Assembly: GCA_049512075.1 (NCBI GenBank) | Contig: JBEKXL010000024.1 | Location: 1 to 31,363, forward strand | DNA from: Candidatus Bathyarchaeia archaeon | Lineage (GTDB): Archaea; Thermoproteota; Bathyarchaeia; Bathyarchaeales; Bathycorpusculaceae | DNA length: 31,363 nucleotides | Direction: 5' to 3' | Shown: piece by piece, positions 27,782 to 31,363 of the stretch | Numbering within the stretch: the stretch's first letter is position 1 | Layout: every line of letters begins with the position of its first letter | The notes under the pieces: model-generated | Databases searched by the model: none | Told to the model about the DNA's origin: nothing | What the model saw: only the letters and a program-made list of their open reading frames with translations | Translations under genes and position numbers: made by a program

Positions 27782-28036
27782 TTACACCAGAGTCTCGTTG
27801 AGCCGTTTTTCGAGTTCTACGAGCCTCTTATGCTGAGCAAAGATCATCGAGAATAGCAATGACATCTCCTTTACGGGAGACGTGAAGACTTCGCCTCCCA
27901 CAGCATAGAGCTTACACTGAGTAAGGAGATCATCGAAGACCGCTCGATCTTCAGGTCTGAGGAACTGCTTGAACCTGCTCAATTCCGCTATCTTCTGTTC
28001 GAAGATGATACGCCACGGTATCGTTCTGCTGATCAC
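27782..28036 (-). CDS. Conserved small archaeal helical protein (resembles the small protein encoded beside PolB2)
   Basis: SRTIPWRI...FKQFLRPEDRAVFDDL...LFSMIFAQHKRL. Family recalled from memory. Confidence 0.6.
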   Translation of the reverse strand: MISRTIPWRIIFEQKIAELSRFKQFLRPEDRAVFDDLLTQCKLYAVGGEVFTSPVKEMSLLFSMIFAQHKRLVELEKRLNETLV

Positions 28037-28139
28037 CGCTCTCCCTCATGCAACGCTAAAGCCTAGCGCATAAGATAGGAAAGGGATGGAGCACCGGATC
28101 ACGGAGACATCTGAAACTAAGAAAAAAGGAAGAGAAGAA

Positions 28140-28349
28140 AGCAAGAACGCCATAGAAGCCGTAAACAGAGGCGCCGACGGATACATGGTCAAACCATACA
28201 CCATGCAAGAGCTGCTGCAAAGAATCAAGGAACAACTACACAAGCAACGAGAAGCCAAGAAGTACAGCGAAGAGAAAGTCGGAGAATTCATTGAAGCACG
28301 CGCTGAAGAACACGAGTCAAGAACATCAGCCCAACGCTCAAAGAAGTAG
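28140..28349 (+). pseudogene. C-terminal half of a response-regulator receiver protein
   Basis: NAIEAVNRGADGYMVKPYTMQELLQRIKEQL. The N-terminal part with the phospho-acceptor Asp is absent. Confidence 0.75.
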
Positions 28350-28667
28350 CTGGGCAGACAGACAGACCCGATGATGAAAGACTCCCGAACAACCATCCCC
28401 CACACCCAACAACAAATCATGATCCCACACACTGAGCGAAGACGAACTGAACGCGGCCAGACACAAGACCCGGCAGCTTCTGGAGGGGGCCTGACCGGTG
28501 CGAGACTCCGCAACACAAGATCCCGTGGCAATAGTCAAAGTCCAGCCAGTCAAGTCAGTTCTGGATACCGACTCTTTGCTTGCTTGATCACATTCTGCAA
28601 GTCACCTTCCGTGGTAGACGTTTTATTGCACCGAGTCGAACTCACAGTGCGTGGGCGTTTCTGAACG

Positions 28668-29456
28668 TTGAGACGTGCCAGAGATGACGGGTCGCGTGTG
28701 CTGGAGCGCTTCTGCGAGTTTTCAGGAAAGTCCCCTGCCCGTCTGCTCGCGGTGGCGCGCACTCCGAAAGGCCGTCTCGAAACACTAGAGATCCTAGAGC
28801 GGTGGATAGAGAGCCTGAAGGGCGCGCGGAGCACGAAGCTGAACTACATCTCGACGGTGCGGGGATATTTCGCGTTCCACGGCCGGCCGCTTCCGAAGTC
28901 TTTCCCGGTCTGGACGCGGAGGCTCAGGAGCGACCGACCAGTCGCGTACAAGTTTCTGCACAAGGATGCCTTCAAGAGGATGATTGAAGCCTGCCGCAAT
29001 GACCCAAGAACCAAGTCTATGTTGCTCGTTCAGTTCCAGAGCTTCTCCACCATGCGGTCGTTGGTCGCCATCGGAAACAGCATGGGGCTGAAGATAGCGG
29101 GCGAACTTCGGAGGGGTGCCAATCTTGTTCCGCTCCACTTCAAGTACCTTGGAAGAACCGGGTGGATCAGCTACATCGGAAAAGATGCCTGCGACTCGCT
29201 TCGCGCCTGGTTTTCGACCAGAGGCTGGCCCGACTCGGGAAATCCCTACATTTGGCCGATCAGATCGAGAGGGCACGGCGGAAAGCCACGACCGCTGACA
29301 GAGAGGGCTGTCAGCAACGCGTACTCCAAGCTCGCCGTCGGTCTCGGACTCCGCCCAAGGAAAGGCGCGGGAAGGGGAAGCTGGATGTTGGCCTGTGGCC
29401 GTGCTCCAGCTCTGATCGATCGGTTTTCAGCGTCACATGTGACTTCAGTTCGCTGA
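28668..29456 (+). pseudogene. C-terminally truncated tyrosine recombinase
   Basis: LERFCEFSGKSPARLL, NYISTVRGYF, MLLVQFQS, ISYIGKDACDSLRAW resemble the integrase at 3604. It ends before HxxR/H/Y, and there is an in-frame TGA just upstream at 28662-28664. Confidence 0.75.
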
Positions 29457-29515
29457 TATTTCTGCTAACCAAAGAACAGAATTGGGTTTCCGGTGTGCTT
29501 CGACACGAAGCTTGT

Positions 29516-29959
29516 CTAGTATCTGAAAGTGAGGTATAGCAGTACGCTTAGCGCCACGCATGTGAACAAGTCAGGTAGCATGGCAAATGGTCCAAGTCCG
29601 AATGCGCGGAAACCGAAGACTCGCTGGAGAAGAGGGTTAGAGGACAACGCGTAGAAAAGCAGGATGACCGAGAACACCATTAGGCCCAAAGTGAAATCCG
29701 ATTTCACCTTTCGGTAGATGCCCAGATATGCGGAAAACAGAAAGACGAGTAGCGCGACATTGACTGTCGAGAGTACGACAGTGACCCCATAATACAACTG
29801 TATATCTCCCGGGGGCGGTGGAAAGGTCGGTCTGGGCTCAAACGCCGGTCTGAGTGGCTCCAGATAAGTGATACCTAGAAACGCTACAAGCAATGCCACC
29901 AAGATGACTGTCGCAAAGACAATCCCCGTCTTCTGATTCTTCTTCATACTTGGCTTCAC
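29516..29959 (-). CDS. Conserved archaeal membrane protein (about 4 TM)
   Basis: Hydrophobic helices, KSDFTLGLMVFS and GLGPF motifs. Overlaps the regulator stop. Confidence 0.8.
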   Translation of the reverse strand: MKPSMKKNQKTGIVFATVILVALLVAFLGITYLEPLRPAFEPRPTFPPPPGDIQLYYGVTVVLSTVNVALLVFLFSAYLGIYRKVKSDFTLGLMVFSVILLFYALSSNPLLQRVFGFRAFGLGPFAMLPDLFTCVALSVLLYLTFRY

Positions 29960-30282
29960 TCTCGGTCGTCGTCTTTAGCCTTTTTCCAGATTTTCCCCAC
30001 AATCTCCTCAAAGAGAGCATAGTTCTCTTCCATCTGTGACGATAGGAAATAGGTGGTCCCATACCTGTCTCCAGCAGTGACGACTATGCCGTGCTTGCCA
30101 AGAATCTCAAGATGATGCCTTATGGTTCTGTAGTCCTTCTCGAGCCTGTTCGCCAGCTGATTCGCGTTCTGAGGAGTCTCCTTCAACACCGCAATCATCT
30201 CGGCGCGAGTTGTCCCCCCCTTTGTGCCTGCGATTAGCCAGCCCAGCAGATGCTTCAGGGACGATTCGGTGTGGAAGACCAT
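29956..30282 (-). CDS. ArsR-like winged-helix transcriptional regulator
   Basis: LIAGTKGGTTR...PQNANQLANRLEKDYRTIRHHLEIL...YGTTYFLS. Confidence 0.9.
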   Translation of the reverse strand: MVFHTESSLKHLLGWLIAGTKGGTTRAEMIAVLKETPQNANQLANRLEKDYRTIRHHLEILGKHGIVVTAGDRYGTTYFLSSQMEENYALFEEIVGKIWKKAKDDDRE

Positions 30283-30559
30283 ATCGATTCCGACCTTCAG
30301 GGATCACTCTGGCGCCAGTTTTGAACGAAATGCGAATTTGGCGCATTATATGTCTTCCGAGACCATCGCGATCAATTGGGCAGGCAGCCTAACAGACCTC
30401 GCGGTCACAATGACGACGTTCGAAACAGTCTCGACCTTTCATGGAATGAGCGTCACATAGGGATCAATTAGTCAAAGATTCGGGTCAAATTCTGAAGAAC
30501 CGCTAATAGCTCACCGCCTCAAGGCCGAGGACACGGGAAAGAAAGAGACGAACACGCAC

Positions 30560-30789
30560 ATGGTTAATGAAGCCAAGTGGAGAGAGAGAGAGAGAGAGAG
30601 AGAACTATTTTCCAATGTGAGCTCTGCGGCCACAGCTATGCAGATCTCGAAACAGCCGAACGTTGCGAACAATATTGCTACTCGCACGGAAGACCCTCGG
30701 CCATGTTAACGGAGAAATATCCTTTGAAGCTTCAGCGAAATGGCATCGGGACGCCTGCCAGAAAGAATCCCAGATACAAAACGAACTGA
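30560..30789 (+). CDS. Small zinc-binding protein whose 5' end contains a (GA)12 tract
   Basis: FQCELCGHSYADLETAERCEQYCYSH. ATG 30560 is out of frame with this domain, while GTG 30577 is in frame. Confidence 0.65.
30580..30603 (+). repeat. (GA)12 microsatellite
   Basis: 24-nt perfect dinucleotide run. Confidence 0.95.
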
Positions 30790-30828
30790 GGTATTTGCTC
30801 AAGAAGCGGTGTGTGAAGAGGGAAGAAA

Positions 30829-31363
30829 ATGATCTTCCCGGATGCTGGATTCCTCGTGGTACTAATCTGGGGTTTGATAACTCCGTCGGTGCCCTTGCTG
30901 CCTACAATAGGATTGATCGTGGCTAGCATCATAGCGGCGGTTCTGTCTCGACGTTCCTTTCACCGGCAGACCATTGCTTTGCTTTGTGTCTTGGGCATAA
31001 TGTCCATCCAGAGCCTCGAGCTTGTTATGTTGGCATTGCATGTGCAGGTTTTCATGGCGCCATCCGGCGCGTTTTCGCCAATCCACGACAATACATCGAA
31101 CTATCTTTCGATCTTGTTTGAGGCAAATCTCTGGTTTGCTGCGTTCGGTGCTGCCGCTGCTGCATTTGTGGCGGTTTATGTTTGTTTTGGGAAATCTCGG
31201 TTGGAATTGCTACGCGCTTCTCCTGGTGCTATGCTAGTTGAAAACCCGATGTGGCTCAGTAAGATCGCATTAGGCTTGGCAAATCGGGCGAACGTGAGCT
31301 GTCCGGAGGTTTGTCTGGTCGATTCTGGAACTCCGCAAGCCTTCACGGTGAGAGAGAGGAGCA
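30829..31363 (+). CDS. M48/M56-type membrane metallopeptidase, partial (runs off window; not in ORF track)
   Basis: Open frame from ATG 30829 with TM helices, then LANRANVSCPEVCLVDSGTPQAFTV as in HtpX-like peptidases. HExxH not reached within the window. Confidence 0.7.
   Translation, partial: MIFPDAGFLVVLIWGLITPSVPLLPTIGLIVASIIAAVLSRRSFHRQTIALLCVLGIMSIQSLELVMLALHVQVFMAPSGAFSPIHDNTSNYLSILFEANLWFAAFGAAAAAFVAVYVCFGKSRLELLRASPGAMLVENPMWLSKIALGLANRANVSCPEVCLVDSGTPQAFTVRERS

Overview
Archaeal DNA, probably Bathyarchaeia/TACK-type. This is inferred from a tRNA with two BHB introns, GGAGGTGA SD motifs, TATA-like boxes and small protein families. The window opens inside tRNA-Ala(CGC) and continues into a composite, partly decayed genomic island. 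In order: an integrase remnant, an ABC-2 exporter pair, a Nudix gene, and an att-like tRNA 3' fragment next to an apparently intact tyrosine integrase. Then come a DUF932 gene, an AT-rich minus-strand defence-like cluster (MTase-nuclease fusion, SeqA-C-like protein, PD-(D/E)xK protein plus partner), and a long minus-strand run of virus/plasmid-like small genes. That run includes Zn-finger, AbrB and RHH proteins, a frameshifted TFB-cyclin-like gene, a 540-aa protein with three WGxxxRT repeats and a frameshifted beta-class MTase. The window ends with a second truncated integrase and host-like genes. I recognised no capsid, terminase, VirB4, reverse transcriptase or CRISPR array. The most striking unexplained signal is a cluster of 12 GATC sites in about 300 bp (five as AGATCCG) between the MTase and the repeat protein, on an element that also encodes a SeqA-C-like protein. 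All family assignments come from motif recognition by eye, not database searches.
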